A stretch of DNA of 40,000 nucleotides, from positions 1 through 40,000 of the forward strand of contig JABDJL010000145.1 in the NCBI GenBank assembly GCA_013002505.1, in the 5' to 3' direction. Shown piece by piece: positions 29,253-37,201 of the stretch. The notes beneath the pieces were generated by a model, which saw only the letters and a program-made list of their open reading frames with translations, did not search any database and was not told the DNA's origin. How positions within the stretch are numbered: the stretch's first letter is position 1; every line of letters starts with the position of its first letter. The stretch is from Lysobacterales bacterium. GTDB lineage: Bacteria > Pseudomonadota > Gammaproteobacteria > Xanthomonadales > SZUA-36. Position numbers and translations under genes: made by a program.

Positions 29253-29600
29253 TCAATGCTCCTTCAGAATACTGGCCAGGCTGTTGTTCAGGCTGTGCCA
29301 CTCGATGACCAGCGCTGCCAGGACTTCCTGGCCCAGTGCCGATATTTGGTAATAGCGCTTTTTGCGCTTGTCCTCGGATCGCCATTCGCTGTTCAGCAGG
29401 CCCTGCTTTTCGAGTCGCCGCACCAGCGGGTACAGCGTGCCTTCGTCAATATCCAGCCCCAGCGCATTGATCTCTTTGCGCAGCGAGTAGGTGTAATGCT
29501 CGGTCCGCAGTTGCGCCAACACGGCCAAAGGCAAAGCACCACGGCGCAGTTCAAGGCGTAGTTTTTCAAGCAATTCATCGCGATCGTGTAGATCATTCAT
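29253..29600 (-). CDS. PadR family transcriptional regulator
   Basis: The winged-helix core YSLRKEINALGLDIDEGTLYPLVRRLEKQGLLNSEWRSEDKRKKRYYQISALG is classical PadR. Confidence 0.9.
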   Translation of the reverse strand: MNDLHDRDELLEKLRLELRRGALPLAVLAQLRTEHYTYSLRKEINALGLDIDEGTLYPLVRRLEKQGLLNSEWRSEDKRKKRYYQISALGQEVLAALVIEWHSLNNSLASILKEH

Positions 29601-29649
29601 ATACTGTGTACCACATAGTATGTGCTATATACTGTATACCACACAGTAT
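29601..29649. promoter_or_regulatory. Tandem 21-bp imperfect palindromes, candidate PadR operators
   Basis: ATACTGTGT-ACC-ACATAGTAT (29601..29621) and ATACTGTAT-ACC-ACACAGTAT (29629..29649), each one mismatch from perfect dyad symmetry. They start immediately upstream of the padR ATG (29600), in the divergent region. Confidence 0.65.
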
Positions 29650-29707
29650 GTGGATGCAAGCATTGATGTGATGAAATGGAGGGAAGTTGAATCCGGGAAA
29701 AAACGCA

Positions 29708-29881
29708 ATGGCCATGAGCAAGCGCTGGAACATCCTGCTGGGGCTGCTGGCGGCAGCAGCCTTTTTTTACTCGCTTGGGTTTTACAGCGGGGCAGTAGCG
29801 GCAATCGTCCTGGGGGGAATATTCGAGATCGCTTTCTGGCTCAAGCTGTTCAGACGAGGCCATCGGGACCGGGCTGAGTAA
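29708..29881 (+). CDS. Small membrane protein (two TM helices), divergent from padR
   Basis: MAMSKRWNILLGLLAAAAFFYSLGFYSGAVAAIVLGGIFEIAFWLKLFRRGHRDRAE. The start is ambiguous (TTG 29687, ATG 29708 or ATG 29714). Confidence 0.4.
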   Translation: MAMSKRWNILLGLLAAAAFFYSLGFYSGAVAAIVLGGIFEIAFWLKLFRRGHRDRAE

Positions 29882-29907
29882 GCCGACAACCGTGGTCGGT
29901 GTCGCGC

Positions 29908-31011
29908 TTAACCGATTGTTTCTCTGAATAAATTCAACCAGTTCAGGCCCAGCAACTTCTCGATATCATCGTCGCCGTAACCCCTCTGGTGGAGGCGGTA
30001 GGTCACCTGGAGGAATCGATCGGGCTTGTCCAGTTCGGGGATCCATGATGGCCATTTCACGTCGTAGCTAGGCTTAAACCACTCTAGCCTGGGCTCGTAC
30101 CAGTCTTCCCGGGTTGCCCACGATGCGATGCCACGAATGGGAAAGTCAGTGGACAGGCCCACGTGTTCAATTCCGGCGAGGTTGATCGCGTGCTCGACAT
30201 GATCAATATACGTGTCAATGGTCGTAGCGCCGCCTGGATCCGGGCCAATAAAATAGCCGATCGCCGCGATGCCGATCACCCCGCCCTTTTCGGCCAAAGC
30301 GCGGATCTGTGCGTCGGTCTTGGCACGCGGATGACCGGAACGCAGTGCTTCGCACATGGTGTGAGTGAAAGCCACCGGCTTTTGTGAAAATCCGATCCCA
30401 TCAAGGGTTGTCTGGCGCCCGCAATGTGAGAGGTCTACCAGCACGCCGACTTCATTCATTCTCTCGACCACCTCGATGCCGAAATCGGAAAGCCCGGCGT
30501 TGGTGCGTTCCGTGCTCCCGTCACCTAGCCGGTTGCGCTGATTGTAGGTCAACTGGAAACAGCGCATGCCCAGGGCATGAAGCACCTCGACGTTATCGGC
30601 ATCACCCTCGAGCATGGTCGCGTCCTGAAAATTCATCATGACCGCCAGCTTGTTGTTGTTCTTGGCGTACTCAAAATCACTGGCGGACAAGGCAGCCGTG
30701 AAGCGGTCGGGATGTTCGCGGAACCGTTTTCGCCATTCAATCAGCGCGTCAATGGCGGTTTGCAAATTGCGGCGCGGCAGGCTGTTAATGATGCCGGTGT
30801 AGCCGGAGGCGTCTAGGGCTGCGTATTCTTCTTCGTCCCACCGGTGCGCGAAAGACAAGGAGTCGATGACCAGCGCATTGCGGTAAAGAGCATTCAAGCT
30901 ATGGCGGTCATCCTTGCCCGGCGCTGACACTGCGATTCCCGGCATAAGCGCCGTGGCGCTGGCCATGCCAAGGGTTTGAATGGTTAAACGGCGGGAAAAT
31001 TTCCTGGTCAT
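29908..31011 (-). CDS. Tat-exported membrane-dipeptidase family protein (peptidase M19)
   Basis: Twin-arginine signal MTRKFSRRLTIQTLGMASATALMPG. M19-like blocks are VDLSHCGRQTTLD, AFTHTMCEAL..HPRAKTDAQIRALAEKGGVIGI and GLSTDFP. I do not see the canonical N-terminal (V/I)DGHxD zinc motif at the expected place (the sequence reads VIDSLSF). Confidence 0.75.
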   Translation of the reverse strand: MTRKFSRRLTIQTLGMASATALMPGIAVSAPGKDDRHSLNALYRNALVIDSLSFAHRWDEEEYAALDASGYTGIINSLPRRNLQTAIDALIEWRKRFREHPDRFTAALSASDFEYAKNNNKLAVMMNFQDATMLEGDADNVEVLHALGMRCFQLTYNQRNRLGDGSTERTNAGLSDFGIEVVERMNEVGVLVDLSHCGRQTTLDGIGFSQKPVAFTHTMCEALRSGHPRAKTDAQIRALAEKGGVIGIAAIGYFIGPDPGGATTIDTYIDHVEHAINLAGIEHVGLSTDFPIRGIASWATREDWYEPRLEWFKPSYDVKWPSWIPELDKPDRFLQVTYRLHQRGYGDDDIEKLLGLNWLNLFRETIG

Positions 31012-31262
31012 CGGCAAAGCTCCGGTCGCTGGCTGGCGGTGGTCTGCCCTGTCGATTCGATCATATCCCCACGCAAGCCCTGTTACCATCGCCGCAAGGT
31101 TTGCATTAAACCTTCACGGTCCACAGCCATTCATAGCGCGGTGCTTCTCGCTTCATCGCGAAAATCGCCGACAGTCCAGAAAAACTCCCATATTTTCCTA
31201 TACTGAGAATACAGCGAGCGTATATGAGTAATGGATTACGCGCTGCAAAAGGGAGATTTGCC

Positions 31263-32120
31263 ATGTTATACAGTGCCAACCGCTGTTTTGTTTTTCTGTG
31301 TTTTCTTATTTTTTCTCTTACCGCGCTGACCCTGCCGCAGCCTGCTTTGGCCGGCGGCAGCAAGGTCGAGGTCTGCCACATTCCGCCGGACGACCCGGAT
31401 AACTTTCACACCATCCGGATTGGAAGCAAGGCGCTGAATGCGCATTTGAATCACCTCGACCTGGCCGGTGCCTGTGACGGCTTATGTGCAGCTTTATGCG
31501 ACGATGGGGACGCCTGCACAATTGACGATACAGCCAATTGCGAAGAGGCCGGTTGCCCGGCCGTTCCCGAATTGGTCGACTGCGACGACGGGGATTTGTG
31601 CACCATCGACTCCTGCGATTCATTGCTGGGTTGTGAAAATGACCCGGTAGTCTGCAATCCCATCGATGCCTGCCATGTTGCGGCATGTGACCCTCTTGAT
31701 GGCAGTTGCCTGCAAACCGAGATCACCTGCCCCGAGGGCTATATCTGCGATCCGGTTGAGGGGTGCATCGAAGATGAGCCTGAACCTGTTGAGCCCTGCC
31801 CCTGCTTCGAATTGGCTGACCTTCAGAATGAAGGTAGCGTGGACGCCTGCAGCTCCGCGGGAAGTGATCCGTTCGTGGCCCAGTTCATCAACAACGCGCT
31901 TTATTGCTCAGGCTTCGGATGCGTCCACGACCAGGATAATCAGCCCGCCGTCGGTTGCTCGGTTTTCCGGGAGTTCAACGGAAGCGGCTGGGATGACATA
32001 TCTGGTGATTTCGCCACTTCGGAAGGTGACCAAACCTGTAAAAACCTGATGCAGGCGGTTTGTCCGTCCAGCAGCCCTGAGCCTGAAAGCATGCCCGAAA
32101 TGCCGATGCCGGAAGGTTAA
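31263..32120 (+). CDS. Secreted Cys/Asp-rich repeat protein
   Basis: Signal peptide (FVFLCFLIFSLTALTLPQPALA) with GGGAG SD before ATG 31263. An N-terminal KVEVCHIPPDDPDNFHTIRIGSKALNAHLNH motif is followed by CDDGDACTIDD / CDDGDLCTIDSC / CNPIDACHVAAC / CDPLDGSC repeats (Myxococcus-type Cys-rich repeat pattern). Confidence 0.7.
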   Translation: MLYSANRCFVFLCFLIFSLTALTLPQPALAGGSKVEVCHIPPDDPDNFHTIRIGSKALNAHLNHLDLAGACDGLCAALCDDGDACTIDDTANCEEAGCPAVPELVDCDDGDLCTIDSCDSLLGCENDPVVCNPIDACHVAACDPLDGSCLQTEITCPEGYICDPVEGCIEDEPEPVEPCPCFELADLQNEGSVDACSSAGSDPFVAQFINNALYCSGFGCVHDQDNQPAVGCSVFREFNGSGWDDISGDFATSEGDQTCKNLMQAVCPSSSPEPESMPEMPMPEG

Positions 32121-32174
32121 TTCCATCATCAGGCGCAGGCTGGGTAATACTGGCAAGTGCTTAAAGTCTAGCTT

Positions 32175-32200
32175 GGCCCGTTCCACGCATGGAACGGGCC
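32175..32200 (+). terminator. Probable intrinsic terminator
   Basis: GGCCCGTTCCA-cgca-TGGAACGGGCC perfect 11-bp stem 55 nt after the stop at 32120. The U tract is poor (GGTTGTG). Confidence 0.5.
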
Positions 32201-32329
32201 GGTTGTGCTCATTTGAGTGCGGCGCTTGGCCCTGCGGCCCCCGCTTCGGGTATATTGTGCGCTTTTCCTGAACCTGAAACGCGCTGAGTCCCCGACCATG
32301 GTGAACCCCCAATTCCTGGCAGCCGGCCC

Positions 32330-34600
32330 ATGAGCCTCGACAGGCAAACCCGGCAGGCCATGCAACTGCAACGCCAGGGCGACCTTGAGCAAGCCAACCA
32401 GGCCTGGCAGCGAATTCTGCATTCCCACCCCAATCACGTGCCGGCGCTGGCCAACCTGGCGTCGCTGCAGGCTCGCTCCGGGCACCCCAAGAGAGCGATC
32501 AAGCTGTTCAGGCGCGCACTGAAGATTGAACCGCAGGCACCGGAAATCTGGTTCAACCTCGGCAACCTGATGAGCCAGGCCGGCGACCGCCTGGAAGCGG
32601 AACGCTCTTATCGTAAAGCATTGAAATTAAATAAAGATTTTGCTCCGGCCTGGAACAACCTCGGTGCATTGTTACGTGAACTGAAGCGCACGGAAGATGC
32701 CGCAAAATGCTTTCATAAAGCCATCGAACTGGTGCCCGGCCTGGTCAGGGCGCATTGTGCTTATGCAGACCTGATGCTGGAGCAGGGCAATCTGCCCGAA
32801 GCCTTGAAACACTTTACGCTTGCGCGCGAGAGCGACCCCACCGAGCCACTGGCTTACCTTGGACTGGGTAACGTCCTGGCAGAGAACCGGCAGTACCCGG
32901 ATGCGATTGAAGCATTCAAGGGCGGTCTGGCACTACGACCGGGTGACGCACGTTTCCTGGCGCCACTGGCTGAGCTTTTTGTTCTGACCGGCCAGGAAAT
33001 CCACGCGCACACCGCCTGGCAGTCGCTGCTTGAGCACAATCCGGATTCGGCTGAAGCGCATCTCAACCTTGGCCGTTTGCTTTACCGCATGCGCAGCGGG
33101 TCACAGGATGTGAATTTGGCCGTCCAACATTTGCGCCGCGCTGTCAAGCTGAAACCAGGGGACCTGGAACCTCGGTGCCAGCTGGGATTCACGTTGGCCG
33201 AACTGGGTGAACTCGGCGAAGCCGGTGCCATTGCCCGTCAGCTGCTGTCGCAATACAAGGACTCAGCCCTGGCGTATATGCTCGAAGGCTACATTGCAGT
33301 GCAGCAGGCGCGCATTGCCGAAGGCCTGGACGCATACCGAAAGGCATGCGCCATTGCACCGCAAGACATCGATGCCATCGGCAACCTGTGCTTCAGTAGC
33401 CTTTATGCGGATTTCATGAGCGCAGCAGAGGTGACAGAACTGCACCACGAGATGTCAGGCAGGTTCTCCGGCCTGGCCACCGGTTGCACAATTGCCGAAC
33501 GGCAATCCCGCCAGGGCCGCATCCGGGTTGGTTACCTGTCACCCGACTTTCGCGCGCACCCCGTGGGTTATTTCATGGAACCGATATTGGCCAATCATGA
33601 CCGGCATGCATTTGAAATTTTCGCCTATGCAAATGTGGCCCGCCTCGACGAGACTGGACAAACCCTGGCCGGGTACTGCGATCATTTCCGCATGTGCGCG
33701 GGGCTGGATGATGAAACCCTGCTGAACACCATGCGGGAGGACAGGCTGGATGTGCTGGTTGACCTGGCGGGTTACACCTCGAACAACCGCGTGTCCGTTG
33801 TCGCCCGGCGCGGCGCACCAGTACAGGCCATTTATCTCGGTTATCCAGGTACTACAGGGCTGGAACAGGTAGATTTTTGCCTGGGCGACAAGGCACTGAT
33901 GCCGGAAGGTTCTGAGTCCTTGTATTCCGAGCAAGCGGTCCGGCTCGAATCGCCATTCCTGTGTTTTCAGGCGCAGCCCGGTACGCCCGATGTAGCGCCG
34001 CTGCCCGCCGCGCACAATGGTTTCATTACCTTCGGCTCCTGTAACAATTATGCGAAGGTATCAGACCGCTGCGTGCAAACCTGGGCGAGGCTTCTTGATG
34101 CGGTACCCGGCTCCAGGTTAATCATCAAGGCCCAGGTTCTGGCTGACCCACACACCTGCGACCTGGCGATGCAACGCTTCACCGGGCACGGCATCGATGC
34201 CGGTCGCATCGATATGCGTGGTCCGACTACGCCGCTGACAAGATTCCTGGGCACTTACGCCGACATCGATATTGCATTGGACACCCTTCCCTATTGTGGC
34301 GGCACCACCAGCTGCGATGCACTTTGGATGGGTGTACCGGTCGTCAGCCTGGCAGGCGAACACTTCTATCAACGCATGGGGGCGAGTATTCTTTCCGCGA
34401 TCCATCGCGAGGCCTGGTGTGCCGGTAGCGAGGATGAATATATTGAAATAGCCGCGAGGCTTGCTGGCGACCTGGACGCATTGGCCAGAGTGCGTGCAAA
34501 CCTGCGTGCCGAGATGCGCAGCTCTCCGCTGTGCGATGGCGCTGGCCTGGCCCGTGAATTGGAGCGCGCATACAGAATGATGATCGAGGACAAGCAATGA
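32330..34600 (+). CDS. TPR-repeat protein with C-terminal GT41 (O-GlcNAc transferase / SPINDLY-like) glycosyltransferase domain
   Basis: The N-terminal ~350 aa are canonical TPRs (e.g. AWNNLGALLRELKRTEDAAKCFHKAIELVPG). The C-terminal half has IRVGYLSPDFRAHPVGYFMEPIL, DLAGYTSNNRVSVVARRGAPVQAIYLGYPGTTG and ALDTLPYCGGTTSCDALWMGVPVV, typical of bacterial GT41 proteins. Confidence 0.85.
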   Translation: MSLDRQTRQAMQLQRQGDLEQANQAWQRILHSHPNHVPALANLASLQARSGHPKRAIKLFRRALKIEPQAPEIWFNLGNLMSQAGDRLEAERSYRKALKLNKDFAPAWNNLGALLRELKRTEDAAKCFHKAIELVPGLVRAHCAYADLMLEQGNLPEALKHFTLARESDPTEPLAYLGLGNVLAENRQYPDAIEAFKGGLALRPGDARFLAPLAELFVLTGQEIHAHTAWQSLLEHNPDSAEAHLNLGRLLYRMRSGSQDVNLAVQHLRRAVKLKPGDLEPRCQLGFTLAELGELGEAGAIARQLLSQYKDSALAYMLEGYIAVQQARIAEGLDAYRKACAIAPQDIDAIGNLCFSSLYADFMSAAEVTELHHEMSGRFSGLATGCTIAERQSRQGRIRVGYLSPDFRAHPVGYFMEPILANHDRHAFEIFAYANVARLDETGQTLAGYCDHFRMCAGLDDETLLNTMREDRLDVLVDLAGYTSNNRVSVVARRGAPVQAIYLGYPGTTGLEQVDFCLGDKALMPEGSESLYSEQAVRLESPFLCFQAQPGTPDVAPLPAAHNGFITFGSCNNYAKVSDRCVQTWARLLDAVPGSRLIIKAQVLADPHTCDLAMQRFTGHGIDAGRIDMRGPTTPLTRFLGTYADIDIALDTLPYCGGTTSCDALWMGVPVVSLAGEHFYQRMGASILSAIHREAWCAGSEDEYIEIAARLAGDLDALARVRANLRAEMRSSPLCDGAGLARELERAYRMMIEDKQ

Positions 34601-35802
34601 TCCCATCCATGATTAATGATTTCCTGAAAAAGGAATCATCTGGCGGCCTGCTGCTTATTTTTGCAGCCATCGTGGCATTGATATTTGCCAACTCACCCTA
34701 TTCCGGTATTTACGACATGATGCTGGATGTACCGGTCGTTGTTCAGATTGGCGAACTGGTGATTGCCAAGCCCCTGCTATTGTGGATAAACGACGGCCTG
34801 ATGGCCCTGTTTTTCCTGCTGGTCGGCCTGGAACTGAAGCGCGAAATGATCGAGGGTGAGTTATCTGACCTATCCAAGATCGCACTACCAGCGATCGGCG
34901 CGGTGGGCGGTATGGCCATTCCGGCCGCCATTTACCTCTACCTCAACTGGCATGACCCGGTCGCACGGCAGGGGTGGGCAATTCCGGCCGCCACGGATAT
35001 TGCATTTGCCCTGGGCATTTTGTCGCTGCTGGGTTCGCGCGTGCCGCTCAGTATCAAGGTGTTTCTGACTTCACTTGCGATTTTCGATGATATCGGCGCC
35101 ATCGTCATCATTGCCTTGTTCTACACTGATAACCTCTCCGTGTTCTCACTTCTGGTCGCCGCCGCGTGCACGGGCCTGCTGCTCACGGTCAACCGCAAAG
35201 GCGTCGAATCGCGAAGCGTGTATCTTGGCATTGGCCTCGTTATGTGGGTCGCGCTATTGAAATCCGGCGTCCACGCCACGCTGGCCGGCGTGGTGCTGGC
35301 GGTGTTTATCCCCATCAAGTCGAAAGACCCTGATGACCCAGCGCCGCTGAAGGCGCTGGAGCACGATCTGCATTCCCTGGTCGCATTCGTCGTATTGCCG
35401 GTATTCGCCTTTGCCAATGCCGGCGTCACGCTCGCCGGCGTCAGTCCCTCGTACCTGCTTCATGATGTGCCGCTGGGAATCGCGCTGGGCTTGTTCGTGG
35501 GCAAGCAGATCGGCGTGTTTGGGCTGTGCTGGCTGGCCGTGAAAATGGGCCTCGCAAAGCTGCCACACGGAATGAACAGCGCCAGTTTGTACGGTACCTC
35601 TTTGTTATGCGGTGTCGGGTTCACGATGAGTCTGTTCATCGGCTCCCTGGCGTTCGAACAGACCCAGGTGAACCTGCTGTTCGATGAGCGGCTTGGCATT
35701 ATCCTTGGCTCCGCCCTGTCCGGACTCGGGGGTTACCTGGTGTTGCGCTGGGCGCTTCCGGCCCGCGGCAATGTATCGGGCCGGGCGTCAAGTACATCTT
35801 AA
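34597..35802 (+). CDS. nhaA: Na+/H+ antiporter NhaA
   Basis: The LLWINDGLMALFFLLVGLELKRE, WAIPAATDIAFALG and AIFDDIGAIVIIALFY blocks are diagnostic of NhaA. The ATG overlaps the GT41 stop (ATGA). Confidence 0.95.
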   Translation: MIPSMINDFLKKESSGGLLLIFAAIVALIFANSPYSGIYDMMLDVPVVVQIGELVIAKPLLLWINDGLMALFFLLVGLELKREMIEGELSDLSKIALPAIGAVGGMAIPAAIYLYLNWHDPVARQGWAIPAATDIAFALGILSLLGSRVPLSIKVFLTSLAIFDDIGAIVIIALFYTDNLSVFSLLVAAACTGLLLTVNRKGVESRSVYLGIGLVMWVALLKSGVHATLAGVVLAVFIPIKSKDPDDPAPLKALEHDLHSLVAFVVLPVFAFANAGVTLAGVSPSYLLHDVPLGIALGLFVGKQIGVFGLCWLAVKMGLAKLPHGMNSASLYGTSLLCGVGFTMSLFIGSLAFEQTQVNLLFDERLGIILGSALSGLGGYLVLRWALPARGNVSGRASSTS

Positions 35803-35824
35803 AAACGGACAAATGTCCGGTTTT
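35801..35824 (+). terminator. Intrinsic terminator after nhaA
   Basis: AAAAACGGACA-aa-TGTCCGGTTTT directly after the stop codon. Confidence 0.6.
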
Positions 35825-35872
35825 CAGGCGCCCACACTTCCGCGACAGCCTGCATGACATCAGGAGACAATT

Positions 35873-36361
35873 GTGGCCACTGAACGAGCAACCGTCAGGA
35901 TTGGCCCAAGGGCACTGGTAATGGATTTAGAGCAACTGCAACGGATAGACATATTTCGATCGCTGGACCCCAGCGACGCGAAACTCGTTGCAGAACGCAT
36001 GGAAATTATCTGTTATCCGCGCAACAGCCTGATGATTCACGAAGGCGAAGAAAACAGTTCGTTGTACGTGATTCTCAAGGGTAAGGTCAAAATATTTCTC
36101 CTCGACGAAACAGGCCAGGAGGTAATCCTCAACTATCTGCATGAGGGGGATCATTTCGGTGAAGTGTCGTTGTTTGACGATGGTCACCGCTCAGCCTCTG
36201 TACAGACCATGGACGACTGTTACTTTGGCACATTGCAGAAAGAAGATTTCGTTCAGATTATGGCTACCCATCCGAACCTGGCTATGACTATGTTCAAGGG
36301 GATGACAAGGCGACTGAAGGATCTCAGCAACAACGTAAGGACACTGGCTGCCAACTGGTAG
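35873..36361 (+). CDS. Stand-alone cyclic-nucleotide-binding domain protein (CRP/FNR family lacking the HTH domain)
   Basis: cNMP-binding beta-roll with FGEVSLFDDGHRSAS (G-E...R-S-A phosphate-binding cassette). It ends at ...NVRTLAANW*, exactly where the C-helix of its downstream paralog continues into the HTH domain. AGGAGA SD lies 5 nt before GTG 35873; an alternative start is ATG 35921 (MDLEQL). Confidence 0.8.
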   Translation: MATERATVRIGPRALVMDLEQLQRIDIFRSLDPSDAKLVAERMEIICYPRNSLMIHEGEENSSLYVILKGKVKIFLLDETGQEVILNYLHEGDHFGEVSLFDDGHRSASVQTMDDCYFGTLQKEDFVQIMATHPNLAMTMFKGMTRRLKDLSNNVRTLAANW

Positions 36362-36397
36362 CTGAAGTTGCGATCGCCCACCTGGGGGGTGGCGATA

Positions 36398-36442
36398 CAG
36401 CCCGACTGGAAGTGGGAGAGACTTCCAGCCGGGCTGGTTTTT
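36398..36442 (+). terminator. Intrinsic terminator between the two CRP-family genes
   Basis: CAGCCCGACTGGAAGT-gggagag-ACTTCCAGCCGGGCTG (16-bp stem, one mismatch) followed by GTTTTT. A second smaller hairpin (ATCGCCCACC...GGTGGCGAT) sits just upstream. Confidence 0.7.
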
Positions 36443-36513
36443 ATGTCGGTCCGACTACCTGATCTTCATTAAACGGCTGAAACATCGGCCATACGTTAGT
36501 ATCATTCGTACTC

Positions 36514-37170
36514 ATGGACCTGCGAATCTTCAACGGCATCAACCTTTTCAAATCTTTGGACGAGAAGGAACTCCAGGCGCTGTCAGAACATCTCCTGCGA
36601 CGGCACTTCCCGAAGAACGTGGTCATCATCAATGAAGGTGATATGACCAACTCGCTGTACATCATCCTCAGTGGGCGGGTTAAGGTTTTTCTCAACGACG
36701 AGAATGGCAAGGAAGTCATCCTCAACGTGGTCGAAGCCGGTGATTATTTCGGAGAGGTTTCTCTGTTCGATGACGGCCGGCGGTCGGCATCAATCATGAC
36801 GTTGGTGGACAGCGAGTTTGCAGTTCTGGAAAAATCTTCGTTTCTCACTTGTATGAAATCAAGCCCTGAACTGGCATTGACCATTATCCGTGGCCTGACT
36901 GAACGCCTGCGAGGACTCAGCGCCAACGTCCGCAACCTGGCACTGATGGATGTGTACGGCCGCGTTGCCCATACGCTGATCGAGTTGGCAGAGGATCAGG
37001 ATGGCACGACCATGATTCCGGGCGGCATCACCTACAAGGAGCTGGCGCAAAGGGTAGGCGCCTCGAGCAAAATGGTAGGCCGCGTCATGAAAGACCTGCG
37101 TACCGGGGGTTACATCAGCAAGCTCGGTCACAACCTGGTCATCAACCGCTCTTTTCCATCGTCCTGGTAA
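36514..37170 (+). CDS. CRP/FNR family transcriptional regulator (cNMP-binding + C-terminal HTH)
   Basis: FGEVSLFDDGRRSAS cassette plus C-terminal ITYKELAQRVGASSKMVGRVMKDLRTGGYI helix-turn-helix. Confidence 0.9.
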   Translation: MDLRIFNGINLFKSLDEKELQALSEHLLRRHFPKNVVIINEGDMTNSLYIILSGRVKVFLNDENGKEVILNVVEAGDYFGEVSLFDDGRRSASIMTLVDSEFAVLEKSSFLTCMKSSPELALTIIRGLTERLRGLSANVRNLALMDVYGRVAHTLIELAEDQDGTTMIPGGITYKELAQRVGASSKMVGRVMKDLRTGGYISKLGHNLVINRSFPSSW

Positions 37171-37201
37171 AGCCGTGAAAGGGCTTGGCTGAGCAGGGGG
37201 C

